From contig CAWAIF010000003.1 of the NCBI GenBank assembly GCA_963782055.1, forward strand, positions 2,048,001-2,112,000: a DNA stretch of 64,000 nt, given 5' to 3'. The notes below the pieces were generated by a model, which worked only from the letters and a program-made list of their open reading frames with translations, was not told where the DNA came from and ran no database searches. Origin of the DNA: an uncultured delta proteobacterium (GTDB lineage Bacteria; Myxococcota_A; Polyangia; Polyangiales; Polyangiaceae). Of the stretch, positions 53,463-62,253 are shown piece by piece. The number at the start of each line of letters is the position of its first letter. Position 1 is the first letter of the stretch. Made by a program: the position numbers and the translations under genes.

Positions 53463-55103
53463 ATGAGCAATCGCCGCCGGTCGTACGGCTTGCTGGCCGC
53501 CAGCGCCGCCGTCGTCCTCATCTCCTCCGCGCGCGACGCGCACGCTACCGACGTCCTGGAGTTCCCCGACAACGGCTCCGAGCAGATGGCGCGCGGAGGC
53601 GCGTGGCTCGCGCGCGCCTCCGACCCGCTCGCCGCGTTCTACAACCCGGCGGGCCTGGCCGGGCAGGACACCAAGCTGACGCTGCAGGCCAACCTGGCCT
53701 TCGAGCAGACGTGCTTCACGCGCGTGAAGGCGGCGGGCGACACCACGCTGGACCCCCTGCTGCCCAGCGGCAGCACCTACCCGAAGGTGTGCAACGACTT
53801 CGGCACCTTCCCCAACCCGCAGATCGGCTTCAACTGGCGGGTGAACGACCGCGTGGGCCTCGGCTTCCTCTTCTTCGGCCCGAGCGGCGTCGCCGGCACG
53901 GTGTGGCCGGAGTTCGTCCAGGACTCGAAGGGCACCTACCAGCCGTCCCCGCAGCGCTACCTCCTGCTCGACGCCAACACGCTGCTGCTCACCCCGACGA
54001 TCGCCGCGGGCTTCGAGGTGGTCGACAACCTCCGGCTCGGGGCGAGCTTCCAGTGGGGCATCGCCACCGCGCAGTTCTCCAACGCGTCGATGGGGCTCAA
54101 CCAGGACAGCCCCGACCCGCGCAGCAACGACATCAAGGCTCAGCTGAGCGCGTCGCAGCCCTTCATCCCCGGCTTCACCATCGGCGCGCTCTGGAGCCCC
54201 GCGCCGGTCATCGACGTGGCCGCGTGGTTCAAGTGGAGCGCGCCCATCGACGCCGACGCCGACGTCAAGACCTCCGCCTCGTACTGGAACCTGTCTCAGC
54301 AGGTGATCGAGGGCGACACCAAGGTCGCCGACTGCGGCACGGGCAACACCTCGGTGACGGTTTGCAAGCCTGGCATCGGGCACATCAAGGTACCCATCCC
54401 GATGGAAGCCAAGATCGGCTTCCGCTTCCACGTCCCCCGCTCGATGCACCCCGACCCTCATCACCGTGACCCGCTCTCCCAGGACAAGTGGGACGTCGGC
54501 GCCGACTTCACCTGGGCGAACGACTCGTCCTTCGACAACCTGGAGATCCGCTTCCCGGGGGACGCGCAGGGCAACGGAGTCATCCCGGTCAACGGCACCG
54601 GCGGCACGCTCCCGCCCAACGCCGACGTGCCGCACCACTTCAGCGACGTCTTCGGCGTGCGCGTGGGCGGCGACTACAACGTCATCCCCGACAGGCTCGC
54701 CGTGCGGGCCGGCGCCTTCATCGAGACGCCCGGGCAGGACAAGCAGTTCCAGAACATCGATTTCACCGGTGGCCCGCTGCACGGCGGGCTCGCGCTGGGC
54801 GCCACCCTCCGCATTCCGCTCAAGAAGGGCGCGGCGGGCGAGCCGTCGAAGGGAGGGGCGCTGGAGTTCTCCCTCGGCTACATGCACATGTTCATCGCCG
54901 ACAGCAGCAACAACGATCCCAACGCCTCCGGCATCCGGGCCCTCGCCGGCACGCCGTGCATCACCGGCAGCCCCACCGGCGGCGTCTGCAACAACGCGGA
55001 CGGCACCACCAGCCCGGCCTACCGCAGCACCTTCCCGATCAACCTCGGCACGATCGAGAGCTCCCTCAACGTCATCAACCTCGGCGCGTCCTACCGCTTC
55101 TGA
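53463..55103 (+). CDS. Outer-membrane beta-barrel, FadL/OmpP1/TodX family
   Basis: MARGGA..ASDPLAAFYNPAGL, amphipathic strands, terminal YRF. Confidence 0.85.
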   Translation: MSNRRRSYGLLAASAAVVLISSARDAHATDVLEFPDNGSEQMARGGAWLARASDPLAAFYNPAGLAGQDTKLTLQANLAFEQTCFTRVKAAGDTTLDPLLPSGSTYPKVCNDFGTFPNPQIGFNWRVNDRVGLGFLFFGPSGVAGTVWPEFVQDSKGTYQPSPQRYLLLDANTLLLTPTIAAGFEVVDNLRLGASFQWGIATAQFSNASMGLNQDSPDPRSNDIKAQLSASQPFIPGFTIGALWSPAPVIDVAAWFKWSAPIDADADVKTSASYWNLSQQVIEGDTKVADCGTGNTSVTVCKPGIGHIKVPIPMEAKIGFRFHVPRSMHPDPHHRDPLSQDKWDVGADFTWANDSSFDNLEIRFPGDAQGNGVIPVNGTGGTLPPNADVPHHFSDVFGVRVGGDYNVIPDRLAVRAGAFIETPGQDKQFQNIDFTGGPLHGGLALGATLRIPLKKGAAGEPSKGGALEFSLGYMHMFIADSSNNDPNASGIRALAGTPCITGSPTGGVCNNADGTTSPAYRSTFPINLGTIESSLNVINLGASYRF

Positions 55104-55114
55104 CCCCAGGCAAC

Positions 55115-56068
55115 ATGTCCGAACCTCGCAACGTCATCGTCATCGGCTCCGGTCCCGCCGGCCACACGGCCAGCATCTACGCCGCGCGCGCCAACCTGCA
55201 GCCCCTCATGTTCGAGGGCATGGTCCGCGGGGGCATCCCCGGGGGCCAGCTCATGATCACCAACGACGTGGAGAACTACCCCGGCTTCCCGTCCAAGATC
55301 GCCGGGCCGGAGCTCATGGCCGCCTTCCGTGAGCAGAGCCTGCACCAGGGGGTGGAGGTGCTGACGGAGGACGTGAACAAGGTCGACCTCTCCGCGCGGC
55401 CGTTCAAGGTGTGGGCGGGCGACGAGGACGTCCTGTACACCGCGCACACGCTGATCCTCGCCACAGGCGCGCAGGCCAAGTGGCTCGGGCTGGAGAGCGA
55501 GCACGCCCTCAAGGGGCGCGGCGTCTCCGCCTGCGCGGTGTGCGATGGCGCCTTCTTCCGCAATCAGGACGTGATGGTCGTGGGCGGCGGGGACACGGCG
55601 ATGGAGGAGTCCATGTACCTCTCCGGCCTCTGCAAGAGCGTCACCCTGGTGCATCGCCGCAAGGAGTTCCGCGCCAGCAAGACGATGCAGGAGCGCGTGC
55701 TGGAGAACCCGAAGATCAAGGTCCTGTACGACTCCGCCGTGGACGAGATCCTGGACGTGTCCAAGGGGGAGGTCTCCGGCGCGCGCGTGAAGAACGTCAA
55801 GACGGGCGAGGCGCAGGTGGTGCCGGTGACGGGTTTCTTCGTCGCCATCGGCCACACGCCCAACACCGACCTGTTCGTCGGGCAGCTGGACCTGCACGAC
55901 AACGGGTACGTGCGGACCAAGCCGGGCACCACGCAGACCAGCGTCGAGGGTGTCTTCGCCGCGGGGGACGTGCAGGACTTCGTCTACCGGCAGGCCGTCA
56001 CCGCCGCGGGCACCGGCTGCATGGCGGCGCTCGAGGCGGAGCGCTGGCTCGCTGCGAATCGTCACTGA
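55115..56068 (+). CDS. trxB: Thioredoxin-disulfide reductase
   Basis: IIGSGPAG, VENYPGF, CAVCDG, GGGDTA, HRR, FAAGDV, QAVTAAG. Confidence 0.97.
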   Translation: MSEPRNVIVIGSGPAGHTASIYAARANLQPLMFEGMVRGGIPGGQLMITNDVENYPGFPSKIAGPELMAAFREQSLHQGVEVLTEDVNKVDLSARPFKVWAGDEDVLYTAHTLILATGAQAKWLGLESEHALKGRGVSACAVCDGAFFRNQDVMVVGGGDTAMEESMYLSGLCKSVTLVHRRKEFRASKTMQERVLENPKIKVLYDSAVDEILDVSKGEVSGARVKNVKTGEAQVVPVTGFFVAIGHTPNTDLFVGQLDLHDNGYVRTKPGTTQTSVEGVFAAGDVQDFVYRQAVTAAGTGCMAALEAERWLAANRH

Positions 56069-56237
56069 GTCGACTCTCGCCCTCCCGGGCGAAGGCTCAC
56101 GGGCCGCCACGGACGTCAGGCGTCGGGACCTCGGCGCGGGAAGGCCCCTGGCGCTCGCGTTTCGCGCCGGCGCGACACCCGAGGCCCGGGCGGGCCGAGA
56201 TTGGCCCACCGGCGCGCGTTTCTTGTAGTCTCACCCC

Positions 56238-56729
56238 GTGAGCGCCGCCCAGGCCACCTCAGCCAGCGAACGCGAGGACCAGCTCGCGCGCGTGCCATTC
56301 TTCGACGGCCTGACACGGGAGTCGCTGTCGCTCATCGCCCAGGTGACGACGGAGGAGACGCACGCTCTGGGCACCAAGATCTTCCAGTACGGCGATCCGG
56401 GCGACAAGCTCTTCATCATCCTGGACGGCAAGGTGCGCATCTCGCGGGAGATCGCCGGAATGGGAGAGGAGGCGCTGGCCGTTCTGGGACCGGGTGAGGT
56501 CTTCGGCGAGATGGCCCTTCTGGACGAGTCCCCGCGCTCGGCCGACGCGCGCGCGCACGAGCGCTGCCGCCTGCTCGTCATCACCAAGGACGCCTTCGAC
56601 GACCTGCTCTTCCTCCACAAGGACCTGGCCTACGAGGTCCTATGGGCGTGCGTGCGCATGCTCAGCGGGCGCCTGCGCGAGATGAACGACAAGCTCGCCT
56701 TCCTCTCGACCAGCAACAAGTTCGAATGA
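56238..56729 (+). CDS. Stand-alone cyclic-nucleotide-binding domain protein
   Basis: IFQYGDPGD, GEVFGEMALL, PRSADA; no HTH. Confidence 0.9.
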   Translation: MSAAQATSASEREDQLARVPFFDGLTRESLSLIAQVTTEETHALGTKIFQYGDPGDKLFIILDGKVRISREIAGMGEEALAVLGPGEVFGEMALLDESPRSADARAHERCRLLVITKDAFDDLLFLHKDLAYEVLWACVRMLSGRLREMNDKLAFLSTSNKFE

Positions 56730-57433
56730 CGACGAACCGGCATCGCGCGCGTCACACCTCCCTCCTGCTGCTCGTCGCCCTGACCCTCGGGGCGGTCGCG
56801 GCCGCCTGCGGGGGAGGGGCCGCCGCCGGTCCGGAGCCCGCCGTGCCAGCCGGCTCGGCGTCCGGTGCTCCCTCGGCGTCGGCAGCGCCGTCGGCGTCGA
56901 GCGCCGCCTCGGCTGCGCCGGTCGCGTCGGCGTCGGCCGCGCCCGTGTTCACGGGGCCCATGAAGTCGCCGGTGCCGACGGCCATGGCAGCGGATCTCCA
57001 GGCGCTGGGGCTGGACCCGAAGAACCTGCCCCCCCTCGGGAAGCTGCAGCCGGAGAAGCTGCGCAAGGTGATGAAGCTCATCGCCAAGTCGCTGGGGGCC
57101 AAGTGCCGCGACTGCCACGCCGACGAGATGAGCGACCCGACGCCGCGCAAGCGCGTCGCCGAGAACATGTGGAACCTCTTCGTGCAGCGCCTCTCCTTCG
57201 CCGACGGCTCGCCCGTCTTCTGCGACTCCTGCCACCAGGGCACCATCAGCCCGCTGCTCGACCGCCGCGACAAGAAGGCGCTCTCGCGGTGGATGGACGC
57301 CAACTTCGTCGACAGGCTCGCGCGCCGCGACGGCAAGGAGCACGACTGCCCGACCTGCCACGGGGAGGAGCAGGAGAACCACTTCATCGACCTGTGGAAG
57401 GCGGGGAAACCCTTCATCCCGACGTCCGACTGA
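56726..57433 (+). CDS. Triheme c-type cytochrome lipoprotein
   Basis: Lipobox AAAC; CRDCH, CDSCH, CPTCH; ATGA overlap with the cNMP gene. Confidence 0.88.
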   Translation: MTTNRHRARHTSLLLLVALTLGAVAAACGGGAAAGPEPAVPAGSASGAPSASAAPSASSAASAAPVASASAAPVFTGPMKSPVPTAMAADLQALGLDPKNLPPLGKLQPEKLRKVMKLIAKSLGAKCRDCHADEMSDPTPRKRVAENMWNLFVQRLSFADGSPVFCDSCHQGTISPLLDRRDKKALSRWMDANFVDRLARRDGKEHDCPTCHGEEQENHFIDLWKAGKPFIPTSD

Positions 57434-57614
57434 AGGGCCTCCCCACCCGCGGACTCTGCCGCAGCGCGGCCCGAAGCCCGTCGCCCGTCCCCCGCCAGCC
57501 CGCCAGTCGACACGCTCAACCGGCAGATCGTTAGCGTGCACATGAACCGGCGCTTGTCCGCGTGGGTCGTGGGGGGGGCTCGCCGGGAGGGGTTGGCCCC
57601 AAAAAAGCCACGAA

Positions 57615-57623
57615 TTATCCACA
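57615..57623 (+). promoter_or_regulatory. Perfect DnaA-box match
   Basis: TTATCCACA in the AT-richer region upstream of lexA; single copy. Confidence 0.45.
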
Positions 57624-57659
57624 GCTTACGTCCCTCCTCACCCGTTTAGGGGTGAATTG

Positions 57660-57688
57660 TTGACGCCGTGACGCGCGTTCAGTACGCT
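57660..57688 (+). promoter_or_regulatory. Putative sigma70 promoter of lexA with overlapping candidate LexA box
   Basis: TTGACG-N17-TACGCT; the spacer contains ACGCGCGTTCAG, matching the right part of the Myxococcus LexA box CTRHAMRYBYGTTCAGS. Confidence 0.6.
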
Positions 57689-57700
57689 ACATCCACCCTC

Positions 57701-58354
57701 ATGCAAGGACTCACCCAGCGCCAGCAGATGGTCCTCGACTTCATTCGCCAGTCGATCGCCGATCGCGGTTATCCCCCCACCCTGCGCGAGATCGGGGCGC
57801 GGATGGGCATTCGCTCGACCAACGGCGTCAACGACCACCTGCGTGCCCTGGAGCGCAAGGGCTACCTCACGCGCGAGGACATGAAGTCGCGCGCCCTGCG
57901 GCCGACGGGTGTTCAGCTCCCGCTGCCCACCGGCGATGCGCCGCAGGCCGCCAACGACGATGATCTGGTGGAGGTGCCGGTCCTCGGCCGCGTCGCCGCC
58001 GGCGTGCCGCTGCTCGCCGAGGAGCACGTCATCGATACCGTCCGGATCGACCGCGGCCTGGTCAAGGGCGGACGAGAGGTCTTCGGCCTCCGCGTCCACG
58101 GCGACTCCATGGTCGACGCCGGGATCCTGACCGGGGACTACATCTTCGTGCGCAAGCAGCTCACCGCGAGCCGGGGCGACATCGTCGTGGCGCTCATCGG
58201 CGACGAGGCGACGGTGAAGTACTACTACCCGGAGAAGGACTACGTGCGCTTTCAGCCGGCGAACAAGACGATGGCCCCCATCCTGGTGCGCGCCATGGAC
58301 TTCAAGCCGACGATGCTGCTGGGCGTGGTCATCGGGCTCTATCGCAAGCTTTGA
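57701..58354 (+). CDS. lexA: SOS-response transcriptional repressor LexA
   Basis: LTQRQ..GYPPTLREI HTH; VAAG cleavage site; GDSM (Ser) and ATVK (Lys). Confidence 0.96.
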   Translation: MQGLTQRQQMVLDFIRQSIADRGYPPTLREIGARMGIRSTNGVNDHLRALERKGYLTREDMKSRALRPTGVQLPLPTGDAPQAANDDDLVEVPVLGRVAAGVPLLAEEHVIDTVRIDRGLVKGGREVFGLRVHGDSMVDAGILTGDYIFVRKQLTASRGDIVVALIGDEATVKYYYPEKDYVRFQPANKTMAPILVRAMDFKPTMLLGVVIGLYRKL

Positions 58355-58467
58355 GGCCCCTCGCCCGGGCTGCCGGCCCGGAGGCCCAAGACCCCCGGCC
58401 AAGGACCGCAATCCCGCGGGTTTCTCGGCTTGACCGACTGCCGCGCGGAGCGTTAGCGTCAGCCCCG

Positions 58468-58782
58468 ATGGCTCGCGTCTGCGTTCGCTGGTCGCTCGTG
58501 GTGGCGGTGCTGGCGTTCTTCGCCACGGGCTGCGGCGGCACCCTCTACGCCGTGAACGCCTCGGGGGCCTCGTCTCGGCTCGAGGAAGCCAAGGCGATGG
58601 GCGCCGACGAGCTGGCGCCGTACGAGTACTACTACGCAAAGGCGCACCTGGAGCAGGCGCAGGTGGAGGCGAGCGGCGCCAACTACTCCGACGCGATCCA
58701 CTACGCCGAGACGGCGGAGGAGTACGCCGGCAAGGCCATCGAGCTGTCGCGTTCGGCGCAGCGGGCGTCGGGCCGCGAATGA
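58468..58782 (+). CDS. DUF4398-like lipoprotein
   Basis: Lipobox ATGC; GADELAPYEYYYAKAHLEQA. Confidence 0.8.
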   Translation: MARVCVRWSLVVAVLAFFATGCGGTLYAVNASGASSRLEEAKAMGADELAPYEYYYAKAHLEQAQVEASGANYSDAIHYAETAEEYAGKAIELSRSAQRASGRE

Positions 58783-59906
58783 GCACGGCGGTTCGCGCTG
58801 GCGGGCGCTGGGTGTCGCGCAGCGCGCTGGCGGCGCTCGCGGTGGTCCTGCTCGGCGCCTGCTCGGCCGGCGCGCAGCTCCGCGGCCGCATCCAGGGCCT
58901 GCAGGAGATCGTCGACTCGGCGGAGAAGAACGGCGCGATGCGCTGCGCCCCGCGCGAGCTGGCGCTCGCCAAGTCGCACCTGGAGTTCGCGACGACGGAT
59001 CTGGATCAGGGCGAGCTGTCCAACGCCGGCTCGCAGGTGGACCTGGCCGAGCCGAACGCGCGCGCCGCCATGGCCAACAGCCCGGCGGACCGCTGCGCCA
59101 AGCGCCGCTTCATCACGCCGAAGGTGGGCGACAAGGACGGCGACGGCATCCTGGACACGGTCGACAAGTGCCCGACCGATCCGGAGACGTACAACGGCTT
59201 CGAGGACGAGGACGGCTGTCCAGACGATCCCGACACCGACGGCGATGGCATCCCGGACTCCAAGGACCAGTGCATGCTGGCCCCGGAGGACAAGGACGGC
59301 TACCTGGACGACGACGGCTGCCCCGACCTGGACAACGACGCCGACGGCATCCCGGACACGGCGGACAAGTGCCCGCTCAAGCCGGAGGACATGGACGGCT
59401 TCCAGGACGAGGACGGCTGCCCCGACCCCGACAACGACGGCGACACCGTCCTCGACGTGGACGACTTCTGCCCGAACACGCCCGGCGCGACCGGCGGCGA
59501 GAGGCCCGGCTGCCCGAAGAAGAACACCCTGGTCGTGGTGACGGCGAAGGAGATCCGCATCACCCAGCAGATCCAGTTCGCCTTCAACAAGAGCAAGATC
59601 AAGGGGCAGATCTCGTTCAAGATCCTCGACGAGATCGTGCAGATCCTGAAGGACCACCAGAACATCAAGCTGGAGGTCCAGGGGCACACCGACAACGTCG
59701 GGCGCGCGGCCTACAACATGAAGCTGTCGCAGGCGCGCGCGGACTCGGTGCGCGCCTACCTGGTGGCGCACGGCGTGGACCCGTCGCGCCTGACGGCCAA
59801 GGGCTATGGCATGACCAAGCCGCTGGTCCCGAACAACAGCGCCGCCAACCGTGGGCTGAACCGACGCGTCCAGTTCATTCGGACCGAGGCCCCGACCACC
59901 CCCTGA
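58779..59906 (+). CDS. OmpA-like peptidoglycan-binding lipoprotein with DUF4398-like domain and TSP type-3 Ca-binding repeats
   Basis: Lipobox LGAC; DxDGDGIxD..D.CP repeats; GHTD, LSQARA, NRRVQF. Confidence 0.93.
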   Translation: MSTAVRAGGRWVSRSALAALAVVLLGACSAGAQLRGRIQGLQEIVDSAEKNGAMRCAPRELALAKSHLEFATTDLDQGELSNAGSQVDLAEPNARAAMANSPADRCAKRRFITPKVGDKDGDGILDTVDKCPTDPETYNGFEDEDGCPDDPDTDGDGIPDSKDQCMLAPEDKDGYLDDDGCPDLDNDADGIPDTADKCPLKPEDMDGFQDEDGCPDPDNDGDTVLDVDDFCPNTPGATGGERPGCPKKNTLVVVTAKEIRITQQIQFAFNKSKIKGQISFKILDEIVQILKDHQNIKLEVQGHTDNVGRAAYNMKLSQARADSVRAYLVAHGVDPSRLTAKGYGMTKPLVPNNSAANRGLNRRVQFIRTEAPTTP

Positions 59907-60111
59907 CGGGTGGGGTGGCCTGCCGGCGGTCGCTCAAGAGTTCCGGGTCGGCCTGGAAGTCTGCTACCGTGGGCACGCTTCGGGCTCCCAGGGCGTAAAA
60001 ACCGTGGCCGTCCGAAGACGTTTCGTTGTAAGTCGCAGCTTGAGACAAGGTGCCGCGCTCGCTCCCCGCGCCGTGAGAAGGGGAGGGCCTGCGCGGCAGG
60101 GAGACACCGAC

Positions 60112-61956
60112 GTGAGCCGACTGGATCGAACGCCCGCTTCTTCATGGCTCCCCCGCGGGGCCGCAGCCAGGGTCACCGCCGCGCTCTTCGTCGCGCTGCT
60201 GACGATGCTCGTCGGCGCCGGGACCGCTCTGGCCCAGAACGACTCGAAGGCCGAGGCGCTCGACAAGAAGGCGATGGGCGAAGACTACCTCGTCACCGAC
60301 TTCAGCAAGGCGCTTCAGAAGCTTCAGGAGGCGGCGAAGCTTTGCGGCACGAACAAGTGCAGCGCCAAGCTGCGCGCGACAATCCAGCGCGACATGGGCA
60401 CCGTGTACGTCGGGGGTCTGGGCAAGACCACCGAGGGCACCGCCGCGTTCGCCGAGGCGCTGGCGATTGACCCGAGCATCCAGCTCAACTCCGACCTCAA
60501 GACCAAGGAGATCGAGTCCGCGTTCGCCGCCGCGAAGGCCGGCGCCGGTGGAGGCGGTGGTGGTGGAGGCGGCGGTGGCGGTGGTGGCGGCGGTGGCGGT
60601 GGCGGTGGCGGTGGTGGAGCGGCCGGGCAGCCCGAAACCACCGACATGACGCACACGCCGCCCGACGAGGCGCTCGTGCGCACGCCGCTCGCGCTCTACA
60701 CCGAGTACACGGGCAAGGAGACCATCAAGCGGGTCACCATCCGGTACAAGGGCTGGGGCATGCCGGACTTCAAGACCATGGACATGAAGAAGGTCGGGTC
60801 CGGCTACGGCGTGGAGGTGCCCTGCATCGACGCGCAGCAGGGCGACTTCAAGTACTACTTCCAGGCCTACAACGACTCCGACGACAACGTCGGCAACGCC
60901 GGGAGCAAGAAGACCCCGTACACCGTGCCGGTGAAGAAGGCGATCTCCGGGGAGGTCCCCTCGCTCCCCAACCAGCCCGCCCCCAAGCAGTGCCTGGAGA
61001 CCGCAGCCTGTCCGGAGGGTCCCGCCGGCGACAGCTGCCGCGGCACCTCCAGCGGTGGCACCAAGGGCGCCGGCGAGGACTGCGAGGACGACGACGAGTG
61101 CAAGAGCGGCTCCTGCAGCGACGGCGAGTGCACAGCGCCGCAGCTCAAGAGCGAGGGCGAGGACTGCGAGGAGAACAGCGAGTGCTCCTCCAACCTGTGC
61201 AAGGCTGAGAAGTGCGCGCCCAAGGCCAACAAGACGCCGAAGATTCGGATCGGCGCGGAGGTGGCCTTCGACCTCAACTTCGTCCCCGGCGCAGAGGGCG
61301 TATGCGCCCTCTACGGGGGCAGCGCGACCAACGGCACGCCCGGCACGCCGCAGAACGGCGGGGGCTACTACTGCACCGACCCGAACAACAACAACGTCTA
61401 CGTGCCGGCCACCCCCGGCGAGAACGACGCCTACGTGGACGCCAGCGGTGCGCCCACATCGCGCTCCGGCGCGGTGAGCGGCGGCCTCGTCCCGGGTAAC
61501 TTCCGCGTCAAGCTGTCGTTCGACTACGCGGTGATGCCGGCCTTCATGATCGGCGTGCGCGTCGGCATCTACGTCCCCACCTTCCCGGACAACCAGGACG
61601 GTTACCAGGCGGTGCCACCCTCGCGCATCCCCTTCCTCGACGCCGAGGTGCGCGGCACGTACATCGTGGGCGGGACGGCCGCCAAGGCGGCGCCCTACAT
61701 CCAGGCAGGCGTGGGCGTGTCGACCTTCGAGGGCAAGGTCGGAGGCATCCCGGTCACGCCGACGGGCCAGGCGCAGAAGTCGCTCGACGCCTGGACGTTC
61801 GGCGGCCCGGTCTACGTCGCCGCGGGCGGCGGCATCCGCCTCGGGGTCAGCCCCAACGCAGGCGTCATGATCGGCGCGCGCGTCGCCTTCGCGATTGGCA
61901 GCCCGGCGCTCGTCATCGCGATCCAGCCGCAGCTCGGCTTCCAGTACGGCTTCTGA
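60112..61956 (+). CDS. Exported protein: TPR-like N-terminus, poly-Gly linker, beta domain, Cys-rich repeats, probable C-terminal beta-barrel
   Basis: GGGAG precedes GTG 60112; signal peptide ending ALA; FAEALAIDP; 24 Gly; CxxxxxCxSxxC repeats; ends GFQYGF. Confidence 0.78.
   Translation: MSRLDRTPASSWLPRGAAARVTAALFVALLTMLVGAGTALAQNDSKAEALDKKAMGEDYLVTDFSKALQKLQEAAKLCGTNKCSAKLRATIQRDMGTVYVGGLGKTTEGTAAFAEALAIDPSIQLNSDLKTKEIESAFAAAKAGAGGGGGGGGGGGGGGGGGGGGGGGGAAGQPETTDMTHTPPDEALVRTPLALYTEYTGKETIKRVTIRYKGWGMPDFKTMDMKKVGSGYGVEVPCIDAQQGDFKYYFQAYNDSDDNVGNAGSKKTPYTVPVKKAISGEVPSLPNQPAPKQCLETAACPEGPAGDSCRGTSSGGTKGAGEDCEDDDECKSGSCSDGECTAPQLKSEGEDCEENSECSSNLCKAEKCAPKANKTPKIRIGAEVAFDLNFVPGAEGVCALYGGSATNGTPGTPQNGGGYYCTDPNNNNVYVPATPGENDAYVDASGAPTSRSGAVSGGLVPGNFRVKLSFDYAVMPAFMIGVRVGIYVPTFPDNQDGYQAVPPSRIPFLDAEVRGTYIVGGTAAKAAPYIQAGVGVSTFEGKVGGIPVTPTGQAQKSLDAWTFGGPVYVAAGGGIRLGVSPNAGVMIGARVAFAIGSPALVIAIQPQLGFQYGF
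60547..60618 (+). repeat. GGN x24 poly-glycine tract
   Basis: 24 consecutive GGT/GGC/GGA codons counted in the sequence. Confidence 0.92.
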
Positions 61957-62144
61957 CACGACGCCGCCGGCGCCCTCGCTCGCTGAGTTACCGCGGCGTC
62001 GCCGAGCGGCGGCTGCGTGATCAGGCGGTCGCCTGCTCCGGCGCCTCCGGCTCGGGCTGGTGCTGCCCCCCCAGACTCCGCCAGCCGCCCAGCGTCCTAC
62101 CGGACGCCAGAGGGTGTCCGGGGACACTCCCCATGCCACCCCTG

Positions 62145-62206
62145 CCCCCCACGTTTCGAGGCCAGATCATTAGCAAGCACTCGAAAGGGCCTCGAAACGT
62201 GGGGGG
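62145..62206. promoter_or_regulatory. Perfect 19-bp inverted repeat upstream of MarR-like gene 2
   Basis: CCCCCCACGTTTCGAGGCC (62145-62163) / GGCCTCGAAACGTGGGGGG (62188-62206). Confidence 0.8.
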
Positions 62207-62225
62207 GGGCGGGGGGGAGAAGGGG

Positions 62226-62241
62226 GGGCACGGGGTGTGCA
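62226..62241 (+). promoter_or_regulatory. Putative sigma54 (-24/-12) promoter
   Basis: GGGCACGGGGTGTGCA with GG(62227-28)-N10-GC(62239-40). Confidence 0.55.
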
Positions 62242-62253
62242 GTGGGGGAGGGG

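Noticed and set aside
51620..54887. Very long alternative-frame ORFs (949 and 1044 aa), like others across the window
   Set aside because: Stop-poor shadow frames typical of high-GC DNA, overlapping well-supported genes.
56069..56237. Possible riboswitch before the cNMP-binding gene
   Set aside because: Only generic GC-rich pairing; no recognisable aptamer consensus.
59130..59513. DNA repeats in the OmpA-like gene as a novel element
   Set aside because: Fully explained by TSP type-3 DxDxDG protein repeats.
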